Below are positions 40,023 to 52,234 of a DNA stretch of 64,000 bases, in pieces (position 1 is the stretch's first letter; each line of letters begins with the position of its first letter). A program made the position numbers and the translations under genes. The notes under the pieces were generated by a model. The model was not told the origin of the DNA, did no database searches, and saw only the letters and a list, made by a program, of their open reading frames with translations. Origin of the DNA: Basidiobolus meristosporus CBS 931.73 (taxonomy: Eukaryota > Fungi > Basidiobolomycota); NCBI GenBank assembly GCA_002104905.1, contig MCFE01000121.1, forward strand, positions 62,001 to 126,000, in the 5' to 3' direction.

Positions 40023-41622
40023 GGAACTGGAATTTCTTCACTGACTTGACTTGGCTAGATAATTGGAGACCAGGGATGTCATGTGATCATGACATAAGGT
40101 CTCAAACAATCACCAAGTGCCTGGAATTGAAAGATAGATTCATATCTATATACTGCTGACTGCAGTATATATTGCAAGAACTTGTAATTCCACCTGAGTA
40201 TTCACCTAGAATAGTCACTTAGAGCATTACCTCCAAATTGTAGGGAGTACTGACAAAAATGCTTGTTAGAATTTACTTAGAATATTTTCAGCAAAATATC
40301 AGGTACCCAGAACAGGAAGATTCTTAGGGTTGTTCAAACAGCCCCAAGCTTTGCACACATGTTCCTGGGACCTTTCTAAATCTATTTTACAGGTTTGTCT
40401 TGCCAATACCATGTGAAAGTATAAGCACTACTTTTACATTTAATAAATCATTAAGTCAAACCACAAAATCTACTTGTCCTCCCAATCACTTCCAATATCT
40501 CCAAGACTCTTACAACAGGTTATGAGCCCCAAGCTGTCACTCTCTGCAATGTCTACTACTGCTGTTACTGGAATCTTTCCCTCTGCTGAAAAGTTGGATG
40601 AATCTAACTACCAAGTTTGGAAGGTGACAATGAAGATGCTGCTACAAGAAAGAGGCCTTTGAGATACTCTCACAGGAGAAGAATGCCCTCCTAAAAGCAT
40701 GGGAGAGGAAGCCTTTAAGTACCAGAAGAAAGTACAAAGTGCCTATTGCTGCATTTGCCTTAGTGTCAACAACAAATTGTAAATTCAATGCACAAGAGCA
40801 AAAACAACAAAGAGTTCCTGGAAGGCATTAGAAGATCCCTACCAGTCATGTTCAGCTGCCAAGAAAATGTATCTTAGACAAGAATTACTTACTACAAAGA
40901 TGCAGCCAGGTGAAGAAATGAAGAATCTAATTAACAGAAATATGCTGCTGGTGGATGAGATGGGATCTGTGGGCTTACCAACTACTGATAGGGATGTGAT
41001 AGTAACCATCCTGAATAACCTGAAAGACAGGCTTCAGAGCCTTGTGTCAGCCCTAGAGTCCAGAACTGAAGATTTGACCCTACATTATGTATATAGAAGG
41101 CTCCTGGATGAAGAATTAAGAAAATCAAGTGCAAATAAGAAGGAAGAGGAAAATGCTTTAATAAGCAACAATAACCAACAAAGAAGATACCCAAGACCTT
41201 ACAAAGGCAACAGCAACTTGTCTTGCAGCTACTGCAAAAGGAAAGGACACATATCATACCAGTGCTTCAGAAAGAGAGATAATCAGCAAAAGAAGCCTGA
41301 ATATGGAAATGCTGCAACAACTGAAGATAGACTATTCCCATCTGCACTAAATATGACCACAAACAAGAATTTGCAGATATGGTATACTGGCTCTGGATTA
41401 TCTCAACACTTTACATACCAAAAAGAACTTTTTACCAAATATCAATAGACTCCTATTAAGGAGGTTTTCATGTGTAACAATAGAACACTCAATGTAGTGG
41501 GAGAAGGAACTATTCAAGTAAGCCTTAGAAGCAGTGAAGGAAGCCATACACTGTCCTTAAAAGAAGTACTTTATGTACCAGAATAGCCAAGAACCTAATA
41601 TGTGTAAGCAAGGCCACAGCAG

Positions 41623-41947
41623 ATGACCTGGTCACATGATCAGTCAACCCCTGACATATTTCCATGTGATACCCTAGTTTGTTCTTTAGTATATTTTTAT
41701 CTTGGCACCCTTACTGTGCCGCACCACAGAACCCCATCAGTATTAGCCAATATCTCTTGGCATCCACGTTGCCAAAAAGTATATTTAGTCCTATCCCCCC
41801 TTATGTATTCCTCAGTTTGATAAACACAGGTCTTGAATAAACACCCTTGCCTTGGAAATCCACCTTGCCTTGTTGATCTACACCTAAGTCCTTTCCTGGT
41901 CCTGCCTTGCCTAGCCCTACTCTCCTGCCTTGTGTCTATTCATAACA
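41623..41947 (+). mobile_element. 3' part of a family C LTR replacing ~380 bp of copia B
   Basis: Reverse complement of ~39567-39890, ending CATAACA. The flanking copia sequences correspond to ~27112 and ~27495 of the other copy. Confidence 0.85.
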
Positions 41948-44653
41948 TAGGTAGGATGAAGTATTTAATCACTGCTGTTGATGATAATACAAGATACATG
42001 TGCATCTACTTCATGGAGAGAAAGGAAGAAGCTCTGTCTAAGTTCAGTGAACTCAAAGCCAGGGTAGAGAGAGAAACTGATGAAAAAATCAACAAAATAT
42101 GCTCTGACAATTGTGGAGAATATATACTCAGAACCTTTCATCCACTTCTGCAAAGTTCATGGGATAAAGCACCAGACTACTGTACTATACTCCCCTCAGC
42201 AAATGGAGTAGCAGAATGTGCAAACTGTTCAGTAATGGATATGGCAAGATCTATGATCCATGTTCAAGAATTATCCTATGATATTTGGGTGGAATGAGTT
42301 GCCACAGCTGTACACCTCAAAAATAGGAGTTATAACAGAATACTTTGTGATTCTACTCCATTTGCAGTATGGTATGGATACAGACCAAGTGCAGAACATC
42401 TAAGAATATTTGGGTGCAGAGCAATTGCTAGGAAACTGAACTGAAGCCAGTCAATATTTGAGCCAAAAAGTGTAAGAGGCATATTCTTGGACTACTGCAA
42501 TGAGAGTGAAGCATACAGACTCTACAATACCAAAGCAAAGAAGCTAATCAAGTCCAGGGATGTGTTGTCTGATGAGAATTCAGAATTTTCACAAAAATTG
42601 ACATCAGATGATGACAAAAATCTGACCTGAATTCCACCAATTGTCAGGATTAAATCAGAGCAAGACAATGAGAATTTTCTCACTCCAGTGGACTCTACAA
42701 CCATGGTTCAGCCTGAAGCAGTGCCTAGGAATATTGCAGAAGTGATTACTCCTGTATCATATGCCTAGAGATCTAACCAGACAAGAAATAGTCCAAATTA
42801 CCATATCAATGAGGGCACCAACATAGCCTATGCCAATTCAGTCCATATTGATGAGCTCCAGACTGTAAAAGAGGCCCTAAATAGCCCTCAGACAAGGTTT
42901 TGGAGATCTGCAATGACTGAGGAATATCAGGCCTTGATGGAAAATCAAACTTGGGACTTAGTCAAATTACCCATCAACCAAATATAAATTAGATGCAGAT
43001 GGGACTTCAAGACTAAATACATGGCTGATGGTACAATTGAAAGATACAAAGCAAGACTTGTGTCCAAAGGATACTCTCAAATAAAAGGACTTGACTATAC
43101 TGAGACCTTTGTACCAGTAGCCAAGTTTAATTCCATCAGATTAACATTGGCTATTGCTGCCAAATAAAAGTATTTTATACATCAAGTGGATGTAAAAACT
43201 GCATTCTTGAGTGGAGGACTTGATGAGGATGTGTATATGGACCAGCTGGATGGGTTTGCAGACCAAGATAACTCCCATTTTTTCTGCAAGCTTAAAAGGT
43301 CTCTATGTGGACTCAAATAATCACCAAAAGCCTGGAATTGCAAAATATATTCCTATATGGAATCTTTGAGTTTCAAAAGGAGTAATGCTGACTATAGTAT
43401 ATATTATAAGCCCAATAGAGCAAATCCCATTCTATTAGCTCTATATGTAGATGATCTTATTAAAGCTACTAATAATCTCAAAACATTAGAAGAGACTAAA
43501 TCCAGCCTATCTAAAGAGTTTAAGATGTCCAATCTAGGAGAACTCAGTTACTACTTGGGGATAAAGTTCTCCATTGACAGAAGTACCCAGACCATTACCC
43601 AAAGCCAACTCAAGGATATTCAAGATATACTAAAGAAGTACCAAATGGAAGACTGTAAACCAGCAGCTACCCCAATGGAGGCAATCCTTAACTTAGTCAA
43701 AACTCAACCAAATCAAGAGAGCTTGGTGCCATCTGCAAGCCCCAACTTTCCTTATCAATCTATGGTCATCAGTATGATGTATATCACACTTGGAACATGT
43801 CCAGATATCTCATATTCAGTGGGAGTTGTCAGCCAGTATAATCAGAACTATGGATCTGATCATATTGCAGTAGTTAAGTGGATTTTTAAATACTTAAAAG
43901 GAACTGCTGATATCTGCTTAAGATATATTTATAGGGACTCAGAACAGGATCTTGTGGGATACTCTGATGCTGATTGGGTACAAAATTTGGAAGACAGAAG
44001 ATCCACCACAGAATACACCTTTCTTTGCTGTAAAGGAGCAATTTCATGGAACTCAAGAAAGCAACCAACTGTGGCTCTTTCTACCACAGAGGCAGAGTAT
44101 ATGGCAGTCTGTGAAGCTACAAAAAAGCAATGTGGTTAAGAAAGCTTCTTACAGATTTAGGCCTATGTCAAAAATTGCCTATTACCATATTTCAAGATAT
44201 TCAAGGATATATACAATTAGGTAGAAATCCAACTTTTCATGCTAGAACCAAGCACATAGATATTAGACATCATTTTATATGTGAAGCCATAGAAAAGTAA
44301 CTTAGTTAGCTTAGTTTACTGTTCTACAGATGAAATGATTGCAGACATATTTACCAAACCATTAGCTAGAGACAAGTTTGAATATTTTAGGTCAAAATCA
44401 GAACTAGTCAGTATGAACATTTAGCTGAGTGGGAGTGTTGTAAAAACTTGTATTTCCACCTAAATATTCACCTAACTTAGTCACTTAGATCATCACCTTC
44501 AAATCCTAGAGAATACTGACCAAGTTCCTTGTTGGGATTTACTTAGAATATTTTCACCAAAATACCAGGTACCCAGAGCATGAAAATTCTCAAAGTTGTC
44601 CAAACAGCCCCAAACTTTGCACACATGCTCTTGAGACCTTCCTTAGCCTATTC

Positions 44654-45003
44654 TGTTGTAAAAATTTGGAATTCCACCTAAATATTCACCTAACTTAGTC
44701 ACTTAGATCATCACCTTCAAATCCTAGAGAATACTGACCAAATTCCTTGTCAGGATTTACTTAGAATATTTTTCACCAAAATACCAGGTACCCAGAACAT
44801 GAAAATTTGATAAGTTGTCCAAACAGCCCCAAACTTTGAACACATGTTCTTGGGACCTTCCTTAACCTATTCTACGTGTTTGTAATGCCAAGACCAGGTA
44901 AAAGTATAAATACCACTTTTACATTCAATAAATCATTAAGTGAAAAACACATAATCTACTTGTTCTCCAAATCACTTCCAATATCTCCAAGACTCTTACA
45001 ACA
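44654..45003 (+). mobile_element. Copia B solo LTR inserted into the 3' LTR of copia B
   Basis: TGTTG...CAACA ends; 5-bp TSD TATTC (44649-44653, 45004-45008). Removal gives one normal LTR. Confidence 0.9.
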
Positions 45004-45198
45004 TATTCTACGTGTTTGTTATGCCAAGACCAGGTAAAAGTATAAATATTGCTTTTACATTCAATAAATCATTAAGTGAAAACCACATAATCTACTTGTT
45101 CTCCCAATCACTTCCAATATCTCCAAGACTCCTACAACTAGCAGGGCATTATATTTGGGACTCAATCTGGCTAGCAATCCACCAGACACTCCAGGTGG

Positions 45199-45518
45199 TC
45201 CTATGAAAAATCTCAAAGTTGGATTTGATTGGACTTTCAGCTAGTATTTAGATGGTATTCAGATGGTATTTAAAGGTATTCAGCCAGTGTTTCTGCATTG
45301 TATTTTCAGTTGCAATTTTTGGTGGAAGTAATGAGCGGCCAATTACCAAATTTTGCATGGATGCCAGTTAGCCTAGTCTCCTCTTGGAAAGGATGTCTGC
45401 ATGACAGCTGTGAAGCTAGCACCTGAGATATTCAGAGTGATCACTTTTGGGAAAGTTGGAGTTCAGCCAATATGATGATGGTATTCTGCCGGCCTTTTCT
45501 TAATTTCTATTCATAGGG
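45199..45518. mobile_element. 320-bp non-autonomous CCCTATGAA (CACTA-type) element
   Basis: (T)CCTATGAAAAA...TTCATAGGG with 3-bp TSD TGG (45196-45198, 45519-45521). Confidence 0.75.
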
Positions 45519-45521
45519 TGG

Positions 45522-45720
45522 AAGCTAGCAGCAGCCTTGATGGAGACAAGCCTCCACTTTGACAAAAATCAACCAGATCCAAAAAGGATGGTGCCACCTG
45601 AAAGCTTGGATGTTCATGATCAGTGTGTGATTGGTGGTCCGATGTGCATCATGCTTGGAATCTGTCCCAATACTTCATATTCAGTGGCAGCCAGTGAGGC
45701 GGATAGGGCAGATTTCCAGG
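45522..45720 (+). pseudogene. Last copia B RT fragment before the gene block
   Basis: MCIMLGICPNTSYSV corresponds to MYIMLGTCPDISHSV at ~29320. Confidence 0.65.
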
Positions 45721-46622
45721 CGTACTAGAGGTTCCACAGAGCAGGTCATACCAAGTCCCAGGCCGCTCACCTCCAAAATGACCGATCATCCAGCCAAGAT
45801 AGTGGACCCCTTACCAGGGGGCTACTGTTGATATCACCACGAGAGGGGCGATCCATACCGGTGGTGGACAAATCCGCGTCCCATGCCAGGGGACTATCAT
45901 TGATCATGGGGCCCGTCCATCCCCCTCTCAACCACAAACCTCTCCCCCCCCCCGCCAAATCCAACGACGATCAGCAGTGGGATAGCCCAGAGTATGCATG
46001 GATCATATGTAGGACGAGCTTACCCGGACACTACATGTCAGGATGCGCAGGTAGGTGCGGACTAGACACCAAGACTCTAATCAACGGCCGAAAAGCACCG
46101 TCCGCATCAGGCCACCTCCGATTCATCCTTCCCCCCCCTGACTCGCCGCAGGAGCCCCCAGGTGACCGGCCACCGGTTTGGCGGACATTCGTGGCCACGA
46201 GGACCCAACAAGATATCGTCCAGTCAAACGGATCATGACGCGGTTCGCATTTAGTGGTCCACGCCGACCAGCCCCGTGGCCAATACTTCCGTGGGTCATA
46301 AGAAAGTGGTGTGCGGTGGGACCAATGGAAAACCCCCCGGATGGGATGAATAAGCCACCGGAGTGAGTGAGTGAGAGGGGGGGGGGTAGAGAGACCCATG
46401 ACATCATTGGGAAGGGAAGAGATCCGAGTTCACCTTTGGCCATGGAAGGAAAGATTTATTAAAAAAAAGCGGTTGGCTAATGCCAAGCGGGGAAAACACA
46501 CGGTCGGTAACGTACCGTAACGAAACGTAGAGAAAGCAACAAAGTAGGGAGGGTGGTGAAGGTGAGGATCAAGGTCAGGGTCCGGGTGAGGGTGAGGGTG
46601 AAGGTGAAGGTGAGAGATTGAT

Positions 46623-47593
<971 letters not shown>

Positions 47594-48073
47594 GTTGGAA
47601 AAAGTAAGAAAATAACCAGTCGACTCAGTGTTTATCTAACACAGTGACCATAATTCTACCATAATTGATGGGACCCAATCACTGAGGTGTACGCGTTTAG
47701 TAATCACGATTCCATGACCAGGATCTAAAGAACGGTAAATGAATGGCGGGTTTGTTATGGACTAATTAAATTGGATGATTTCTATTCATGTCATCGGTTC
47801 AAGTTGCTTGATAAATCACCGGACCAAGTTGCTTAAATCAAGTAATTCCTATTCAGCGAAGTTCTATTCTGATCATCCATTTATTCAAATGCCAGTGATG
47901 TTCTATGCAGCTATTCAGATGCACCAAAATTCAGCATAAATACTTGCTACCATGATCCGGACAATGGTGCAACAAGGCTATTTAATTGTGGGTAATGCTT
48001 CGTCGGGAAGATAAGGTTAGTTGGGGAGGCGGGAGCAGTGGTGGTGACAAAAGGAAATGATCGATGCTATTCC

Positions 48074-49570
48074 TTAGAAACCAAGTTTACTGGCCACGCT
48101 TGATCCCAAGTTGGAGACTAGCGATGATCCCCAACTAGAGCCACTTGACCCCGATGTATCGGAACTGTATGGATCACTCGAGCTACTAGAGCTCGACTTG
48201 TCCGAACCGTACTTGCTAGACCCAGTCTTGCTGGAGCCGGAACTACCGCTGCTTGAGCTACTGCTGGAACTGCTATAATCATAGGGATCGCTAGATGAGC
48301 TAGATTTCTTGCTACTATGGCCGCCAGATGCACCAGAGCCTGAGCTGCTGCTAGAACCACTATAATCATATGGATCATATGATGAGCTAGATTTCTTGCT
48401 GCTGTTGCTACCAGATGACCCGGAGCCTGAGCTAGAAGATGAACCGTAATCGCCACTGCTGCTAGAGCCATAGGGGTCTGACGACTTGCTATCATATCCA
48501 GAGCTCGAAGAACTTGAGCTCGAGCCACTACTACTGCTGCTAGAGCCGTAAGGGTCTGAAGACTTCTTGCTGGAGCCGGAGCCGGAGCCAGAGCCAGAGC
48601 CGGAGCCTCCCCAAAGACTAGAGAGGTAGCCACCGCTGCTAGATTTCTTTTTGGAACTTCCAGTACCACTGGTCGAGTCCGTAGAGTCACCACCAGAGCC
48701 TCCCCAAAGACTAGAGAGGTAACCGCCGCTTGATTTGTCTTTGGAGCTACCATAGCTTGAGGAGCCACTGGAGCTGCTACTGCTAGAGTCACCAGATCCT
48801 CCAAAGAGGCTAGAGAAGTAACCACCCGATTTCCCGGAAGCAGAGCTCGAGCTGGAGCTGGAACTACCTGAATCACCGGCATAGGTGGATGCACTAGAAC
48901 CGCTGCTTGAGGACGATCCACTCTTTTTACCTTTTTTATGTTTCCCATAAGAGGAATAGGTGTCACCATAGCTATCGTAGGAGTAGGGGTCTTTCGATGC
49001 CGAATCACCAAACAAAGACGAGCCGGTGGATTTCTTGGTGGATTTCGAGTCGTCTGCCTTGCAATCACCGTCACCGTCACAATCGTCCTTGAGATCCTTC
49101 TTTGGCAGGCCTTTCTTGCCGTCATCGTAGCCTTTGGTGTACCACTTCTTACGGGAAGCCCTCAACCCCTCCTTGTACCCATTATCCCATTCATTGTCGT
49201 CTTCGCAGTCGGACCCGCCGGATTCCGACCCGGAGTCATCCCCGGAGTCGCAATCCTCTTCGTCCGAACTCGCGCTGTCACTGTCATCCTCGCAACCGCT
49301 GTCACAGGCCACCTTCTTCTTTTCGTAAGACTTGTGCTTCTCAACCGTCTTGGAACCGAGACCGGCGACTGCAGTGGTGCTGGTGCTGGAGCCAGACCCG
49401 CCATAACCAGAGGTGGAGGCAGCACTGGAGGAAGCGCTGGTGCCCACTGCATCCCCAGATTTGGTGGAACCATAGGAATCATTCAAGTATTCCGAAGGTA
49501 CGGGCATGGCCACATTGGTAGAGATAAGGCACAGCAGGATCAAAGCAGCAGGAATCGATTTGTACATCAT
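48074..49570 (-). CDS. Secreted Ser/Gly/Tyr/Lys/Asp-rich repetitive protein (~498 aa), intronless, function unknown
   Basis: Uninterrupted ORF with signal peptide MMYKSIPAALILLCLISTNVA-MP. TATAAAA at ~49700 on the minus strand. Repeats GGY[FL]SSL[FW]GGSG x3, DPY x6, SSKK x4. Confidence 0.85.
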   Translation of the reverse strand: MMYKSIPAALILLCLISTNVAMPVPSEYLNDSYGSTKSGDAVGTSASSSAASTSGYGGSGSSTSTTAVAGLGSKTVEKHKSYEKKKVACDSGCEDDSDSASSDEEDCDSGDDSGSESGGSDCEDDNEWDNGYKEGLRASRKKWYTKGYDDGKKGLPKKDLKDDCDGDGDCKADDSKSTKKSTGSSLFGDSASKDPYSYDSYGDTYSSYGKHKKGKKSGSSSSSGSSASTYAGDSGSSSSSSSSASGKSGGYFSSLFGGSGDSSSSSSSGSSSYGSSKDKSSGGYLSSLWGGSGGDSTDSTSGTGSSKKKSSSGGYLSSLWGGSGSGSGSGSGSSKKSSDPYGSSSSSSGSSSSSSSSGYDSKSSDPYGSSSSGDYGSSSSSGSGSSGSNSSKKSSSSYDPYDYSGSSSSSGSGASGGHSSKKSSSSSDPYDYSSSSSSSSSGSSGSSKTGSSKYGSDKSSSSSSSDPYSSDTSGSSGSSWGSSLVSNLGSSVASKLGF

Positions 49571-49992
49571 AAATAGCAATCTCGCAGCGAACGAATACTG
49601 ATGGATTTATGCGGGTTGGGCGGGGTTGGCTCGGACGAGGAAGGCCGAATGGGAAATGGGTGGTTGGGTGAGCATCCACTCTGTGACAGGGCGGCCTTTT
49701 ATAGTGGGCGGCGTCCTCATCATGAAACACCGAGTCCCTTCTCCTGACTCATGATGTATGCGCGCATGCATCAAACTCTGACAGCGTTTGCACGTTGTTT
49801 GATTATCACCGTTGCGATGCCAATCCACCTGTTGTCATGGAGTGTTCAGACAGAGTTTGAAGCCCTCACAGATCGGATTCATAATATGCGCGTACTGACT
49901 TCAAGTAGCAAAGATGATTTATTTGGATGTTGCACACTGGTTAGCCATCTGGGAGGGATGGGTTGGCACCGCTCCCAAGAGAAGGGGGATGC

Positions 49993-51712
49993 TCAGATAA
50001 ATGGCTCAGGGATGATCTGGTAGAGGAAGGCCGTCACCACCACCACCAACGCAATGAAGATCGCTACGTTGATGTCAAACAAAGGGCCTGGAGGAGATGA
50101 GATGCGGGGGTGAGTTGTGTGGGTCGATTGAGCATGGATCACTGAACCTATTACCTGCGGGCCATTTGTCTGGGATCTCGATCACTCGACATGTGTTGTC
50201 CACTGATCCACTGACCAGAAGTGTTGAGTCGCGGTTGAAGCTGAGACTGGTCACAGGAAACCCGTGGGCCGAGGGTATAATCTTCAAGGTCTGTGGGAGA
50301 AAGGTTCGTGACTGGTCAAGAGGCTACGACGCGAGACGGTACTTACCCTCAATGAATTAGCATCCAGGATGATGATCGACATGTCCGATGTGCCAAAGGC
50401 CAGCAGCTTCCCATCATCGCTAGCAGTAATCAGGTTAATTTCCTGGCCAACCAGTGCGACGACCAAACCCTTACCTGATACAAAATGAGGTGACAGGCTT
50501 GCGGCTGACAGGGCAATTGCCAAGTCTGTCCCATGAGTGGGTGTCCCACTTGGTAATGAAGGCCCGATCGCGGGATTTGGTGTTGACCACGGAATAGAGG
50601 AAGCCCTTCGTTTCCTTCTTGCCGAACCTGACCCGTCCGGTATTAGTTGGCGTAGTGGGGAGTATCCGGGCTGCGCTAGGCTTACCTGCAGGCTCGAAAT
50701 ATGCATGTGTTCGACTTGTTCAGTACTGGATTCTCAATGGTTTGGACAATCGATCCGTTGTTGGTGGACAGGACTCGAAGCTCGCCCTCTGTGATGAGCG
50801 CGATCTAGCAAAGCGATTAGATGATCCAGGTCGAAAATGGGTTTCCCGTTGGCGAGTAGATACCTGCTTGCCGGTCGAGTCAAAATCCGCATCAAGGATT
50901 TCTTTTTCGTCCCAGTTGACCGGGTCGAATGCGTACTTCATGGATGGGTACTTCAAAAGGGTGATCTAGAACACGGAGAACTGAGTGTATGTCACAGGTC
51001 AACGTATCGGTGGCTTGAAATACCTCGCCATTTGTAGTACAGCTGAGAATCAAATTTCCCTCGGGGCTAAATCGAACCACTTTCTAATGAAACCTATGAA
51101 CGTGATGGTCGCATACAAGAGGTAATGCTTCATGCCTACTTGATAGTGGTCAGGGCTCTTGGCTTTTAGAGTTTGAGCGGAGGTTTTGACTTCGATTCTG
51201 TCGGCAGAGTTAGTCTCGCATACACAATCGGAGCATTGCCCAGGGCGGAATACTCACTTGTCGTGGTCGTAAGCGAAAACGCGACAATTCGTATTCTTTC
51301 CTGCCTTGATCTTCTCCTCGGAACTGTTGATACCGCAGACCAGGATTTCTTTCTGGAACAGGTAGAAACATAAGCACTCAATCCGCAGAAGTCTGCACGA
51401 AAAGTTCGCCTCTACCTTGGGGTGAACCGAGAGACACATAGGGGCATCTTCCTCTTTCTCAAGAATAGCTTCCTGTGCTAACTTGAACTTTTTATCCTTC
51501 AGATCTATATCATACATGGACTTGGGTGCACGGTTAGCCTCGTCCCTGCTCACCACACTTATGCCTAAGGGCTATGGACGTACGATTTTATTTTGCACCC
51601 CAGTTCTACCAGCTCCACCACCACCGGCAGCGATCAACTTATCGTCCTGGGAGAAGGACACAGCGTAGATTGGAAACCCTATGGAGGAAACGAAAGAGTT
51701 GGTTTGAACCAT
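49993..51712 (-). CDS. SEC12: Sec12/PREB, WD40 guanine-nucleotide exchange factor for Sar1, multi-exon
   Basis: MVQTNSFVSSIGFPIYAV..AAGGGGAGRTGVQNKI (K-loop), DHYQKVVRFSPEG, SDDGKLLAFGTSD, AHGFPVTSLSF, and a C-terminal TM (IFIALVVVVTAFLY). GT-AG introns keep the frame. Confidence 0.9.
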
Positions 51713-52234
51713 TGAACGAGGCCAACGTTGTGTGTGAAAGGGATACAAGCGTAGAAACCACCGAAAAGGGGCAAAAAATGGCTAAAATGGGTCAGCTTTC
51801 ATTCATTCATGCTTATATGTTTATCAATCTTCTGGGTAATTTAGCCGGCGGTTGCATCCAGTGGATCCGTGAATCGGTATTCGCTACCCATTTGACGGGA
51901 AGTGGATCTCGATTGGTCTTTCGTTTCGCCATTCATTTCCCACTGTTGAACTGGTGTAGTAAGCTTGGTGCAACAACCTTGGCTATCAGGTGGAAACGAG
52001 GGCAGGGTTGGAGATGGTTAAAGGAAGAAGTCGGTGCAAAACCTCTAACATTTATTAAGGAACTGCTAATAGTGCACTAGTATAAATAGAGGGAGGGTAT
52101 TTTAAGAGGAGGCTAGAAGAACAAGCCACTGCACAACACTACACCACGCACTGAAACAGTACCGCACTCTTTACAAACACCACTGGTTATCGCGCGTAAA
52201 ACCTCGGCCATAGCTTACTTCTGATGGGGCTACT

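Larger units (their letters stand above)
36972..40094 (-). mobile_element. Tf1/sushi-like Ty3/gypsy family C element, internally deleted
   Basis: 5' LTR 39567-40094; only ~95 bp of the 3' LTR remain (36972-37066). 5-bp TSD TAAGG (36967-36971, 40095-40099). Gag PKITSTTKFSG..KVGYISYLLTGTA; [33 protein letters not shown]; RH ETDATD/DHKNL. Integrase lost. Confidence 0.92.
35413..40169 (+). mobile_element. Old copia B copy (IN-RT) at 35413-36971 and 40095-40169, host to an antisense solo LTR and to the gypsy C element
   Basis: QQNEVAKCANRSITDMARAM and FWRSAMTED. The sequence continues across the TAAGG duplication. Confidence 0.82.
40170..45139 (+). mobile_element. Near full-length copia B element, degenerate; 5' LTR 40170-40517 and compound 3' LTR 44436-45139
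   Basis: PBS GGTTATGAGCCC at 40518-40529. Gag LDESNYQVWKVTMKMLLQERGL, knuckle CSYCKRKGHISYQC, RT LYVDDLI, RH YSDADW. Purine tract before 44436. No TSD found. Confidence 0.9.

Noticed and set aside
1-45700. Classical ascomycete RIP as the cause of repeat decay
   Set aside because: The paired differences I could check are mostly at CpG, and CG retention tracks element age. A formal RIP index was not computed, so a minor CpA component is not excluded.
46548-46616. GGTGAG/GGTGAA hexamer run as a His-Pro-rich coding region (ORF 46430-46732)
   Set aside because: It overlaps the RAB11 last exon and 3' UTR and is a simple microsatellite.
48118-49576. Overlapping ORFs (335, 212, 139 and 106 aa) as additional genes
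   Set aside because: They are alternate-frame and antisense shadows of the low-complexity Ser/Gly ORF. The same applies to 60837-61274 and 60894-61199.
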